A stretch of 41,357 nucleotides of DNA. It comes from Octopus sinensis (taxonomy: Eukaryota). Numbering within the stretch: position 1 is the first letter of the stretch; each line of letters begins with the position of its first letter. Where the stretch lies: NCBI RefSeq assembly GCF_006345805.1, contig NW_021835282.1, positions 1 through 41,357 of the forward strand, in the 5' to 3' direction. Both the position numbers and the translations under genes were made by a program. Positions 12,001 through 24,463 of the stretch are shown here, one piece after another. The notes beneath the pieces were generated by a model. The model was given only the letters and a program-made list of their open reading frames with translations. It was not told the DNA's origin and ran no database searches.

Positions 12001-12644
12001 AGGAAGACCTGGGATGAGGTGGTGAAGCATGACCTTCAAACATTGGGACTCATGGAGGCAATGACAAGCGACTTAGACTTTTGGAGATATGTTGTGCTTG
12101 AGAAGGCCTGGCAAGCCAAGTGAGATCGTAACCGTGGCCTATGCCAGTGTCACACAACCAGCCCATTTAAGAGTACTCTTCAATTGCTGGGCAATATGCT
12201 GTGCTTGAGAAGACCTGTTTAGTCAAGTGAAATCATTGTCGTGACCGATGTCAGTACCACCTGACTGGCACCCATGCCAGGGATATGTAAAAAGCACCAT
12301 TTGAGCATGGTCAATGCTAATCCCACCGGACTGGCTCCTGTGCCGGTGGCATGTAAAAAGCACCTTACAAGGGTGATCAATGCCAGTGTCGCCTTACTGG
12401 TCCCATGCCGGTGGCACATAAAAAGCACCATTCAAGCATGATCGTTGCCAGTACCACCTGACTGGCCCCCATGCTGGTGGTACGTGAAAAACACCCACTA
12501 TAATCTCGGGGTGGTTGATGTTAGGAAGGGCATCCAGCTGTATAAACCTTGACAGATCATATCGGAGCCTGGTGTAGCCTCCTGGATTGCCAGTCCTCAG
12601 TCGAACCGTCCAACTCACGCCGGCATGGAAAGCGGACGTTAAAC

Positions 12645-12686
<42 letters not shown>
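12001..12686 (+). mobile_element. RTE-clade LINE 3' end with repeat-containing 3' UTR and (GAT)n tail
   Basis: RKTWDEVVKHDLQTLGL...DFWRYVVLEK is typical of the RTE ORF C-terminus; ~60-bp tandem units at ~12250-12500. Confidence 0.8.
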
Positions 12687-12688
<2 letters not shown>

Positions 12689-12838
12689 GATGATGATGGT
12701 GGTGGTGGTGGTGGTGGCGGTGGTGGTGGTGGTGGTGGTGGTGGTGGTGGTTGTGGTGGTGATGATGATGGTGATGATGATGATGATGATGATGATGAGG
12801 AGGAGGAGGAGGAGGAGGAGGAGGATTATGATGATAAA
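12645..12838 (+). repeat. Compound trinucleotide tract (GAT)n(GGT)n(GAT)n(GAG)n
   Basis: Directly visible. Confidence 0.95.
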
Positions 12839-13277
12839 CTAAAATGAAGAAGCAAAAACAAATTGCATCATGAACTTCATGAAGTGCATGTTTGAAGCTC
12901 TGATGAAATATGCAACTATGAGTGAATTACATCTTATATGAGAAACAGATGTAAGCCAATGAAGTTCATAACATAATTTTTTTTTTCTTTTGTCATTTTA
13001 CTTTCTTATTACTGCTTCCTAATGCCCCCCCACCACACACACACTTATGCATAATGCAATGCCATTAGCAGTTGGAATATCGAGTTATGTGTTGAGGTGG
13101 AAGGTTTGAATATGCTAATGACATGTTTAGACTTGTAAACAATCCATTCACTGTGTTTTGTCATGGGGAAAATTTCTCGCTGTACACAAATGGCATAAAT
13201 ACACTTAAATCAGTTCTCGGTGCCACCAATCCAGACTGTGAGATGGTATATTCGAACTGGTAATAACACTGTATCTT

Positions 13278-13651
13278 CACTACCGTCAGAAATTAATTAG
13301 CACCCTTGATTTGCTCTTCACTCAAGGTATGTGCTGTCACCTAGTGGCCATATCTCGAACTATTGCTTTGTTGCGAGTTCACTGTTGCGCAGAACGATGA
13401 CGTAACTTTGTTTGCAGAGCAGTTTGAGAGTCTACACCCTTATGATGTTGACATAGCAGTGCAACAACTTGGAGTGCGGATGCAGACACAATCTTCCTTG
13501 TTTAATAGATATAGGTAGCGCCTCGCAAGGACCGAAATCACACCATACTAAGTTTTCTCATCGCGTAAGACGTTTGAACAGCTCATAGGTTAATGATTTA
13601 ACCATTTAATGTAGAAATTTGAGAAGTGCTAATTAATTTCTGACGCAAGTG
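13278..13651. mobile_element. Tc1-like MITE or internal-deletion derivative
   Basis: 26-bp TIRs cactaccgtcagaaattaattagcac and gtgctaattaatttctgacgcaagtg; TA follows the right TIR, TT precedes the left; no coding capacity. Confidence 0.7.
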
Positions 13652-13974
13652 TAGCACATCACTGCTTAGATTGTCTCTCTTATCAGCTCGCAGTGTCACT
13701 GTGTTGGTTTCTGTGACTGAAGAGAAGATAACCACTCTGAAATGCTTGTATCTCACTGTCTGGACAGGTGGCTCTGCAACCTGATTTAGGTATATATACA
13801 TCATTTCTCTATAGCAAAAAATTTTCTCCATGATAAAACACAGTCAATGACTTCTTTACAAGTCTGAACATGCCACTGATATATCTGAAGTGGTAATAAC
13901 ATTGTAGTCAGGCACAACACTGCTTAGGGCTCTAACTCCATAATATACATAATATATAATGTTTCCAGAACTCA

Positions 13975-14100
13975 ATTTCACAGAGGAGGGTGAGTCTTTT
14001 CAAGAAACTCATATTTCCAGAGACTTTGGTCCTTTATCAAGGGCCTATGGTCAGGGTCCTGATGTCAGCCTTTACAACTTCATTCCATGTCTTCATGTAT
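13975..14100 (-). mobile_element. Short RTE ORF C-terminal remnant
   Basis: Minus strand reads KTWNEVVKADIRTL...KDQSLWKYEFLEK, parallel to the copy at 12001. Confidence 0.6.
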
Positions 14101-14576
14101 GTAGATATGTATGTCACCGTCACCATCACCGTGACCAACCAGGCTATCAGATTTTGCTACACATCGCTGGTCACAATGCGCTTCACATTGTTTGAGCCTT
14201 CACATGACGCCACCCAGCTGGCTAAGCGAGCAGGCCAATATATATGTACATATATGTACATATACATATAGGAGCATATACATACATTATATAAATACAC
14301 ACACACACACATATGTATATATATAAGGAAAAGAATTTGAAAATGCAGAAATAATTTAAAAGTATTCATTAACTTAACTGGTTTCACTTAAACACTCCAT
14401 TACTTGATTTGGATATATTTATGTAAACTCATTTTTATCTTATTGTAAAAAAATTTTACCTGTTCTAAATGCTTTTATGTAAACTAATTTTTGACACCAC
14501 AGAGGATACACAAAGCCTCATACCTTACTTCCAAAAATCTTTTAAATAAGTGAAACCAGTTAAGTTTTAAAAGACA

Positions 14577-14959
14577 CTCTCTTTTACTCTTTTACTCTTT
14601 TACTTGTTTCAGTCATTTGACTGCGGCCATGCTGGAGCACCGCCTTTAGTCGAGCAAATCGACCCCGGGACTTATTCTTTGTAAGCCTAGTACTTATTCT
14701 ATCAGTCTCTTTTGCCGAACCGCTAAGTGACGGGGACGTAAACACACCAGCATCGGTTGTCAAGCAATGCTAGGGGGACAAACACAGACACACAAACTCT
14801 CATACACACACACACACACACACATATATATACATATATACATATATACGACAGGCTTCTTTCAGTTTCCGTCTACCAAATCCACTCACAAGGCATTGGT
14901 CGGCCCGGAGCTATAGCAGAAGACACTTGCCCAAGATGCCACGCAGTGGGACTGAACCC
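14577..14959 (-). mobile_element. SINE family A, head truncated
   Basis: High-identity reverse complement of 6554-6952. Confidence 0.92.
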
Positions 14960-15385
14960 TGCATTTTCAGATTCTTTTACTTATATTTTTACTCATGCAG
15001 TAACACCCAACTTTCTTTGTTTATATAAACTTTTAATACTTTTGATATATATTTTTTAAAAAATAAATAAATAAATAAATAAATAAATTAATTAATTAAT
15101 AAATAAAATAATATTTAAAATATACATACATACATACATATATATATATATATATTTGTATATATATATAAAATTTATAAGTTTAAATTATTTAAATAAT
15201 TTTTTATTTTTAACTTTTATATTTTTAAATTAATTTTATGTATTGGCTTATGTTTTTCACTGTTTGATTTGCCTAATAGTGGTTTTATCTCTAATTTAAT
15301 ATAATATATATATATAATATATATATATATATACATACATATATATATATATATGTATATGTATATGTATGTAATATGTATGTAT

Positions 15386-15416
<31 letters not shown>

Positions 15417-16285
15417 CAGGGTGGGTGGAAAGTAACTAGGTATTAGAAATTGTATATAGAATTTTTAGTATCACTGAAGTCATGATAGTAACATCTTTTA
15501 AACAGGTAACACTCATGTGGATTTCTTATATTTCTGTTGTTTTATTCCTTATTTTCCAGATGGCCGGCTGCTTGACTGTTCAGGGGTGAGCTTAGATAGC
15601 AGTATGCTTATAAAGTGTGAAATTCCATTGTTTTGGTTCGCAGATGGTGGCGTGCATGGAAAGGTAAGCATACGACACTACGTCCAGAGACAATAAAAAA
15701 TTGTTATGCAAAGCTGATGACCACAGGCTCTGTGAACGATGCAAGAAGAAGTGGCTGTCCAACCACATCTTGACCAGCAGAAAATGTGGCAACAGTGCAG
15801 GAAATGTTTAATCACTGCTCACAAAAAATCAACACGTCAAACAGCTCATGAAAGTGGACTACCAAGACACACAATATGTACAGTGTTGCATAAAGAGTTG
15901 AATTTTCGTCTGTGGAAACCCCATTATGTGCAGGAGCTAAAACTTGAAGACTCCGACTTCAGAAGTTCAGAACTCCAAAACTCCAAGAAGTCCAGATCAC
16001 ACTCCATGTGATTTTTACCTGTGGGATTACACAAAAGAGGTGTACAAGACAGAAATCTTGCACACTGGAGGACTTAGAGGCATGGATTCAGGAGGTTCTC
16101 AGTGATATCCCAGACAACATCCTACACAAGGTTGTTCATTCCATCCCTGGCCATTTGGGGAAAATTGTTGATGCCACTGGTGCTTACTTTGAAATATGAA
16201 GATTTACTTTCATTTTCCCATGTAATAAAGAACATGTATCAATTGTTTCAATAAATTTGTAAAAGGAATATGGATTTTATTACAC
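15417..16285 (+). mobile_element. Tc1/mariner-superfamily remnant (rosa/DD41D-like) with internal deletion
   Basis: TA then cagggtgggtggaaag TIR-like start; KLMTTGSVND.ARRSG, KSTRQTAHESGL...LHKELNFRLWKPHYVQEL, and decayed RSPD(H)TPCDFYLWG...GAYFE. Confidence 0.75.
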
Positions 16286-16412
16286 ACACATACACACATA
16301 TTTGAATAAATATATATATGTGTGTATTTATATACGGATATAAAGTATATATGTGTATATATATGTGTGTGTGTGTGTGTGATTATATATGTGTGTGTAT
16401 ATATATGCAGTG

Positions 16413-16555
16413 AGCTTCTTTCAGTTTCTGTCTACCAATTCCACTACCAAGGTTTTGGTCAAGCTGGCACTATAGCAGAAGACACTTGTACAAGGTAATA
16501 TGCAATGCAACTCAACTAAGAGCTATGTGGTTGAGAAGCAAACTTCCTACCACAC
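16413..16555 (-). mobile_element. Diverged 5' half of SINE family A
   Basis: gcttctttcagtttctgtctacc...gaagacacttg. Confidence 0.7.
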
Positions 16556-16561
16556 ACACAT

Positions 16562-16638
<77 letters not shown>

Positions 16639-17050
16639 ATGGGCTTTGAATGCAGAGGACATGTGTAGACTAGAGAGGAATGAAGGCAGTATGCTCTGCT
16701 GAATGTGTAAACTTTTCAATAACCGGTTTTGTATATTCTTTTCAATTTCTCAAATATATATATATTCAGAAGGGTATATAAAGCCACTTGCTAAAATCAG
16801 AGCCAATGCTCCAAAAACCACCAGAAACTCATGATAAAGATACACACAAACAATGCAATGAACATATGAGAAATAGGCTTATCTTTGCATTGAATACACC
16901 AGTAAGTATGTATATTTGAATATCAATAACAGATATTCAAACAACACTTTCAAAAATATACAGCTGAATGTGAACACGTATTTATCCTCAATACACACGT
17001 GATCATGTACATATTTAATTCTAACACTCTCAAGTTTATATCTTGAAAAT

Positions 17051-17118
17051 GCTGCACTGAAGATGGGAAATAATTAAATAGATATTATTTTACTTTAATC
17101 TTAAAACGTGTATGTAGC
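17051..17118 (+). ncRNA. Hammerhead relic
   Basis: gctgca-CTGAAGA...AAAAC-GT-GTA-tgtagc: 6-bp stem I (one G-U pair), G12 changed to A, weak stem II. Confidence 0.45.
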
Positions 17119-17303
17119 TAATCTGAGTCATGTGGATTTGTTATTTTTTTCTTTTTGCCGCCTACGTAAAAAAGTGTGTTACTGTGTGGGAGATCTCTAT
17201 GGTAGCAGAAAAGGCATTTTAACTCCTATTTCTAAATTCGGAGCGTGGGAAGAAATTACTGACCCTTGATTATAATTATGTTTATAATTTTAGAGAATAT
17301 TTG

Positions 17304-17355
<52 letters not shown>

Positions 17356-17363
17356 TATATATA

Positions 17364-17774
17364 CAGTGTGGCATAAAATATTTGAGGAGAAATTTTCATC
17401 ATCATCTCATCACAGACAAATTTATTTATCAAGAAATGCTATGAGAATAAAATAAACCTTCTTTTCTATAATCTCATTCAATAAAGCCACCTTCAGTTTC
17501 AACAACTGTTTCTATATGAGATCTAGATCATCTACATGCTTGAATCAAGTGGTCTTGGTTCATTTTGGACATTACTCTGACTATACCAGCTTTCAAAGAA
17601 TCTTTGGTGTTATGGGCATGTTCACTGACCTCCCTCTCAACAATTCTCCACATGTAATAGTCCAATAGATTGAGATCTGGGGAATTAGGAGGCCAAATGT
17701 TAGGGGTCATGTGCTCATGAAAATTTTCAGCCATCCATTCCTCCATACTTTCTTCATCGCTTTTTCAGCCATCC

Positions 17775-17775
<1 letters not shown>
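17364..17775 (-). mobile_element. maT/DD37D-like transposase C-terminal fragment with probable right TIR
   Basis: WPPNSPDLNLLDYYMW motif, ending ...VETEGGFIE*; TA-cagtgtgg end at 17364. Confidence 0.8.
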
Positions 17776-17805
<30 letters not shown>

Positions 17806-17961
17806 TAGACAGATATATATATACAGACAAATAGATATTCATATACATACATATATATAAATACATGCATATATTATGTAACACAGCATTATTTTCCCTC
17901 TATTGTGATCCCTTCGCAACCTACCTGCCAACCCAAACTAAGGAGAAAATGCCTTGGAGAT

Positions 17962-18342
17962 CTTACTTGTTTCATTCATTTGACTGTGGCCCTGCTGGAG
18001 CACCGCCTTTAGTCGATAAATCGACCCCAGGACTTATTCTTTGTAAGCCTAGTACTTATTCTATCGGTCTCTTTTGCCAAACCGCTAAGTTATGGGGACG
18101 TAAACACACCAGCATCGGTTGTAAAGTGATGTTGGGGGGGGGACAAACGCAGACACACAAACATATATACACACACATACATATATACAATGGGCTTCTT
18201 TCAGTTTCTGTCTACCAAATCCACTCACAAGGCTTTGGTCGGTCTGAGGCTATAGTAGAAGACACTTGCCCAAGATGCCACACAGTGGGACTGAACCTCG
18301 AACCAGTGTGGTTTGTAAGCAAGCTACTTACCACACAGCCAC

Positions 18343-18345
<3 letters not shown>
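17962..18345 (-). mobile_element. Near full-length SINE family A
   Basis: Reverse complement match from head to tail. Confidence 0.9.
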
Positions 18346-18390
<45 letters not shown>

Positions 18391-18725
18391 ATGTGTGTGT
18401 GTGTATGTGTGTGTGTGTATGTGTGTGTGTGCATGTGTGTATCATTATCATCATCATCATCATGGTGGTGGTGGTGCTACTGGTGCTGGTGCTGGTGGTG
18501 ATGATGATGATTATAATGAATTTATAAATGCATTTAAGCAATGCATATATCCATATATGTTTCTATGTATGCATGCATGCATATATGTATGTGCTTATGT
18601 ATGTATGCATATAATTATGCATGCATGTATGCTTGTATGTATGCATGTATAGATGAATGTATGTATGTTTGTATGTATGCCATGCATTTGGTTATATAAG
18701 TATGTATGTACATAAGTAATGTGTG

Positions 18726-18756
<31 letters not shown>

Positions 18757-18765
18757 ATTTATATA

Positions 18766-18836
<71 letters not shown>

Positions 18837-18851
18837 TATATAATTATCATA

Positions 18852-18967
<116 letters not shown>

Positions 18968-18995
18968 ATATATATATCAATATATATATATATAT

Positions 18996-19256
18996 ATGAG
19001 GTTTATGAGACGTGGTCATTGCCTCAATTGTAAAAGATGGAGCAGAATTGTGCCATAAACACACACACACACCAGGTGTATGCATGTACATACATAGACA
19101 CATAACACATGCATACATTCATGCATGCATGCATGAATGTATGCATGTGTATATGTGTCTATGTATGTACATGCATACACCTGGTGTGTGTGTTTATGGC
19201 ACAATTCTGCTCCATCTGTTACAATTGAGGCAATGACCACGTCTCATAAACCTCAT
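18996..19256. repeat. Loop-less palindrome with ~130-bp arms
   Basis: atgaggtttatgagacgtgg...ccacgtctcataaacctcat; centre cattcatgcatgcatgcatgaatg is itself perfectly palindromic. Confidence 0.95.
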
Positions 19257-19476
19257 GATATTCTTTTCTTTTCAACTTTCTGTGTCAAACTTATATAGTT
19301 TCTTATCTGACTTACAGTCCAGTCTTAGTAATGAGTAGGTTTGTGTAGCATTTAATATCTTTTATTCATTGGCTTTGATATATAAATTAATACTTTTTTG
19401 CTTTAGGCCCATATGTGCTGTGTGTGTGTGTATGTACTTGTGTGCATGCATGCATGTGTGTGCATGCATATGTGTT

Positions 19477-19511
<35 letters not shown>

Positions 19512-20034
19512 TTTTTATAACTTCTCTGTTTTCAAACTTAACAATGGACTTTTGAGCCAACTGTTACCCTCTGATAAATTCCTTTTACCATGTTTCCTTT
19601 TTCTTTCTCTTTCATCTCTGCCATCACCACCACCACCACCACCACTACCACCACTTTCTATGTGCTGCTATATGATTTATTTATTTGTTGAAATCATTTG
19701 AATATTTAATATATCAAACTGACATGTAAAACACATTAATTACTCCCTTGCTCAAAGAAGAATGTAATTAAGATTGAATAGAAGGACGAGAAAGAAAAGA
19801 AAAAGGGAAAAATCTAAAACAAAAACCAAACCAAAAACAAGAAGAAGAAAACACATGAAAGTTATACACTCTACTCAGAAACCGATTTTTAACTGGAGCA
19901 GAATTACTGTCTCTGGAATTAAGTCACAGATGTATGATGCAATTTTTTCAACACTTCATACACTATCATTGTACTTCTTCATCAGCAGCACAACAGCAGA
20001 ACAGAAGAATATATACATGTGTGTTGTGTGTGTG

Positions 20035-20072
<38 letters not shown>

Positions 20073-20104
20073 TACCTATATATATATATATATGCATATA
20101 TATG

Positions 20105-20181
<77 letters not shown>

Positions 20182-20211
20182 TATATATGTAAACATGATG
20201 CCAAGCATTCA

Positions 20212-20289
20212 GCGGTACATATGTTTCGGCGCCTTTATTAGACGGATTTATAGCAATGCATATGTGTGTCTATGGCCTTCTTTAGTCGC
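20212..20289 (-). ncRNA. Hammerhead copy with broken core
   Basis: Mirror of 20375-20452; core reads CTAAAGA (G5 to A), stem I 3' side ccgc. Confidence 0.5.
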
Positions 20290-20374
20290 GCATAATTACT
20301 ACTTCAAGGACATGTATTACATCAAAAATTCTACATCAAAAATGTAATACATGTCCTTGAAGTAGTAATTGTGC

Positions 20375-20452
20375 GCGGCTGAAGAAGGCCATAGACACAC
20401 ATTATGCATTGCTATAAATCCGTCTAATAAAGGCCCGAAACATATGTACCAC
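20375..20452 (+). ncRNA. Type I hammerhead-like ribozyme with long loop II
   Basis: gcgg-CTGAAGA-a-ggcc-[41 nt]-ggcc-c-GAAAC-ATAT-GTA-ccac; self-complementary ACATATGT stem III; one mismatch in stem I. Confidence 0.6.
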
Positions 20453-20554
20453 TGAATCCTTGGCATCATGTTTTTATTTTGATTAATTTACTCCACCACC
20501 TACACCACCAAACGGTATATACAGGTGCTTACAATCATCAAGTACTCACCCTGA

Positions 20555-20609
<55 letters not shown>

Positions 20610-20679
20610 TACATATATACGCACACACACACATATATAATATAAATAATTCACACACACATACATATATATATATGGC

Positions 20680-21599
20680 TAAAATAACTATTACATGATG
20701 TAATTGTTAGCAGGAAAACAAACAGGACTCTACCCATTTTGGGTAAATGGCCCTGTTCTATTTGTAAACAAGGTATACGTAGAAATGCAATAAGGTGTTC
20801 TTAGTGCAAACTATGGACACATAGGAGGTGCAGTAGAACCACAAGTAGGTTAACAGAGAAAGCAGGCTTTGCTTCTGGCAGATGTGCAGGAGCAATAAAT
20901 GATAAGAGCACACAGTAAATAGATGTTCTGGAATGCCCAAGAGACTCTCTAAAAAATAGTAGATAGTTTCTGTTATCTGGGTGACCTAATTAATTAGCAG
21001 TGGAGGTGAATGCTCAGAAAGTATATTTGCTAGAATAAGAAGTGGTTGGAAAAGTTCAGAGAACTTTTACCACTGTTGTTAACAAAAGCCTGTCTCTTAG
21101 AGTGAAAGGCATATTGTATGATGTTTGTGCTTGAAACAGCAATGCTACATGGTTGTGAAACTTGGGCTGTGAATGCAGAGGACATGCAAAGACTAGAAAT
21201 AATTGAAACTAGCACACTCCCATGGATGTGCAACATCAGTGTGTACAAAGTGCAAATGCACTGAGAGAAACATTGGACATAAGAGACATCAGATATAGTG
21301 TGCAGGAGAAAAGATTGTATTGATATGGTCATATGATATGAATGGATGAGGACAGCTGCATAAAGTGTTAATGACTTAATGTGGAAAGAGCTTATGAAAG
21401 AGGAAGACCTAGAAAAATATCAGACAAAGGCGCAGGAGCGGCTGTGTGGTAAGTAGCTTGCTTACCAACCACATGATTTCGGGTTCAGTCCCACTGTGTG
21501 GCACCTAGGGCAAGTGTCTTCTACTATAGCCTCGGGCCGACCAAAGCCTTCTGAGTGGATTTGGTAGACGGAAACTGAAAGAAGCCCGTGGTATATATG

Positions 21600-21644
<45 letters not shown>

Positions 21645-21950
21645 TGTGTGTGTGTTTGTGTATCTGTGTTTGTCCCCCCAACATTGCTTGACAACCGATG
21701 CTGGTGTGCTTGCGTCCCCGTAACTTAGCGGTTCGGCAAAAGAGACCGATAGAATAAGAACTAGGCTTACAAAGAATAAGTCCTGGGGTCGATTTGCTCG
21801 ACTAAAGGTTGTGCTCCAGCATGGCCGCAGTCAAATGACTGAAACAAGTAAAAGAGTAAAGAGTAAAGACAGACCTCAAGATGTTGAGCCTTTCAGAAGA
21901 GATGACAGGAGACTGAGATGAATGACAATATGCTGTGGTTTAAAAACCCC
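20680..21950 (+). mobile_element. Decayed RTE-clade LINE RT region, interrupted by a SINE
   Basis: GKWPCSICKQG...C..CKLWTHRRC, VDSFCYLGD, ARIRSGWKKFRELLP, AMLHGCETWAVNAEDM, ERGRPRK; resumes after 21867. Confidence 0.8.
21429..21867 (+). mobile_element. Full-length SINE family A
   Basis: Complete head-to-tail match. Confidence 0.93.
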
Positions 21951-22257
21951 ATCTATTTCAGCAGAATTGAGGTTCTGTCAAGCCTTCCCCAACAACTCAT
22001 CTTCTAATACCCATTCTTTCAGCAATATTCTATGTAACCCTATTTCCTTCTTTCACTGAATCGATATTCTCTGTGTCCAACTCATTTCCTATCTCTAATC
22101 ATTTATCATACTATTTTCACTCAGTACACTTACCTACACATCCACCTTTTTCTGCTCCTCTCTCCTGTTCTGTCTCTTGTGTTCACCTTGTACCTTGACC
22201 TCATCTCTCTCATTCACTCTCTCTCTCTCTCTCTCTTTCCAAATAGACAAAGCAGAC

Positions 22258-22465
22258 AGGTGGCGAGCCGGAAGAATCGTTAGCATGCTGGGTAAAATGC
22301 TCAGCAGCATTTTGTCCATCTTTACCCTCTAAGTTCAAATTCAGTCGAGGTCAACTTTGTCTTTCATCCTTTCAGCGTTGATAAGATAAGTACCAGTTGA
22401 GAACTAGGGGTCAATGTAATCAACTTATCCCCTCCCCGGATATTGCTGGCCTTGTGCCATAATTT
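22258..22465 (+). mobile_element. Diverged SINE family B variant
   Basis: ggcgagccggaagaatcgttagca...gtcaactttgtctttcatcctttc...gctggccttgtgcc. Confidence 0.8.
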
Positions 22466-22509
22466 GTTATTATCATACACTGCTCTCTGCCAGTCAGTCA
22501 ATACAGTCG

Positions 22510-23390
22510 GTGAAAGTTCTGCTGTGGCAATATACATCGAAATCTAGTAGTGAGTAAGAGCGATGACATCCTCGGTGAAACTCTAGCGTCCATAAGGATA
22601 AACTAGCTCGTCTCTTTCAAAGAAATTTCGAACCCAGTACTACCATGGATAATTTCCAGAAATCCTTGGCCTGACAGTGCTACCGAGGAGCACTGCCATT
22701 TCGAGATAAATTCTACAGGCATTTTTCGCCATAGCGCGGTCAGGTGGAACTGTCCAATATGCACACAGAGCGACGGAACCATTTTGCATGCCTTCAAGCA
22801 GTGTCCACGTATTTGCTGACTTGTGGAGTGATGTCGAACAACTATTGACCAAATCCATCATGAGGATCGCCCCTTCCCCCCCCCCACCTCATGCCTTTAA
22901 CAAGGCAAGGCAGGCAGTGTTCCTCTATCTGGTGGCTATGGCGAAAAATGTTGAGTAATGGACGAGGCTGAAAAGATTCAGGAAAGACGCCGTCCTCATT
23001 GGTGAAAATCTCATTGACTTTTCTAAGTTCCATTTGGAAAGGAAAGTGAGAGCGAAGAGAGAAGTGCTACCTTCCAACGAATTTGTGAAAAAATGAGTGA
23101 CTGTGGCAAAAATGATTAGAGTGAATGACTCTGTTCTAAGTATGCGCCTATAGACTGGAGAGTAGGAGAGGAGGCTTGTGCTTTGGTGGCCAAGATAATC
23201 CTGGATCTGTAAGACTCCTTGATTGGCCGTTGTTAGAGTTTCTCCTGTATCAGGAGGACTGCATCATTCGTATTATCACATACTTTGTATACAATGGTCC
23301 TGGAAACAAGTAAGCAAACACCTCGTTGAAGCTAGTAACAATGCCACTTCCTCGTTGTGTGACAAGCGAGAGAGAGACAATGGTTGCAGA
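22510..23390 (+). mobile_element. L1/Tx1-clade LINE 3' fragment (ORF2 zinc-knuckle region and 3' UTR)
   Basis: MDNFQKSLA*QCYRGALPFRDKFYRH...NCPICTQSDGTILHAFKQCPR(fs)ADLWSDVEQLL...VIRVNDSVLSMRL-like C-terminus; CX2C...H...C knuckle typical of L1 ORF2. Confidence 0.75.
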
Positions 23391-23745
23391 AGAAAGTTCC
23401 CAAATCATGAGAAGGAGTACATTAAAATAAACAGGAGAGAGAGAGGGGGGGAGAGAGAGATGATCCCATTCAAAAGAGGGAAGAACACCAGCAGCAGCCG
23501 TTCAAGAATTTGGACCTGGAGATCTCCATTTCCAGCGACTTCGAGGTCCACCTCCCAGTGGTGTCGGGCGTCAACGAAGAGCCCTCGACTACAACAAGAC
23601 GACCAAAGCTTTTTTTTTTCCAAGGTCTGGGGTCTCCCACCCTTAAGCCCTAGACCATCACCTACTCACCCTTAGCAGCAACCAGAGGAAAATAGCGAGT
23701 AAAAACAGCCCAACTGGAACACCATCGATGTTTTCCAGCAGAACC

Positions 23746-23829
23746 ACTATAGAACTTATAGACTATAGAACGATAGAACAACTATAGAACTTATAGACTA
23801 TAGAACGATAGAACAACTATAGAACGATA
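23746..23829 (+). repeat. 35-bp tandem repeat, 2.4 copies
   Basis: actatagaacttatagactatagaacgatagaaca at 23746 and 23781, partial copy at 23816. Confidence 0.9.
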
Positions 23830-24290
23830 ATGCTGGTGATGACAACGAGAAGGGTAGTGAATTGAAATCCATCGTCTTTCACCGTGGATCAAACCAAAAA
23901 TGAATTGGCAGAATCACAAATGTGTGATCTGAGGGGTAATATGCTGATGTATGCCTTAGATGTCTTGCAAACAACTTGCACATGCAAGTGCTACCAGTCA
24001 AAAACTCCGTATACCGGAAGCCAGCAAGTGTGTGGGGTCATCAGGAGAGAATGCGCGCCGTTTCGGGGCCTACCTCTCGACGGCATCAATGCGCCCCCCC
24101 CCACTGATATGAGGCCCCGCTTGCTAGATCAGCTGGTTATGAAGTTAAACTCAATATCCTTCTAGCCATCGCTCATCGTCTCTTTTTAACCAAATCCAGT
24201 GGCTAGCCTTCTCCACTGTAGTTTGGATATCGGTCATGGTGGTATTGACTTTGATTACTGAATGTCTTTAATTCAACAGCTGCCGATGAA
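23830..24290 (-). pseudogene. Possible highly decayed L1-type AP-endonuclease remnant
   Basis: Minus strand shows EFN (GDFN-like), PSDHTFV and a frameshifted W.FNSL motif in the expected order. Confidence 0.35.
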
Positions 24291-24463
24291 ACAAATACTC
24301 GCCGAATCATCTAGATGTCCCTTTGTAGATTTCAGGCCCAGTCGCTCTACTTAGCTTACATCAAGTCATGACATCGATTACTCGGTGGATTGATGAGTAC
24401 TCTTGCTTAAATGGCATAACGTTGAATTGTCTAAATTCATCTGCGTATTTGCATATATATATA

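Larger units (their letters stand above)
20191..20473. repeat. Palindrome with ~130-bp arms and 19-nt spacer
   Basis: 20191-20322 vs 20342-20473 inverted with a few mismatches. Confidence 0.93.

Noticed and set aside
12250-12500. Regularly spaced ~60-bp repeats resembling a CRISPR array
   Set aside because: Degenerate tandem units in an RTE 3' UTR, with no unique spacers or cas genes, in eukaryotic DNA
13711-13756. CUGAAGA...GAAA...GUA hammerhead-like spacing
   Set aside because: Stem II does not pair, stem I has a mismatch, and there is no repeat context
13969-13989. Apparent 21-nt in-frame microexon (tttccag|...|gtgagt)
   Set aside because: It lies in the antisense of an RTE remnant (13975-14100), so the splice signals are probably coincidental
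15714-15740. CTGATGA followed by a hairpin
   Set aside because: Followed by GAAC with no stems I or III, and it is coding sequence of the transposase remnant (KLMTTGSVN)
17865-18527. 220-aa ORF
   Set aside because: Antisense read-through of a SINE plus microsatellites
18996-19022. Hammerhead-like end of the loop-less palindrome (TGAG...GAGAC-GTG-GTC)
   Set aside because: Neither CUGANGA nor GAAA is intact and stem II is absent
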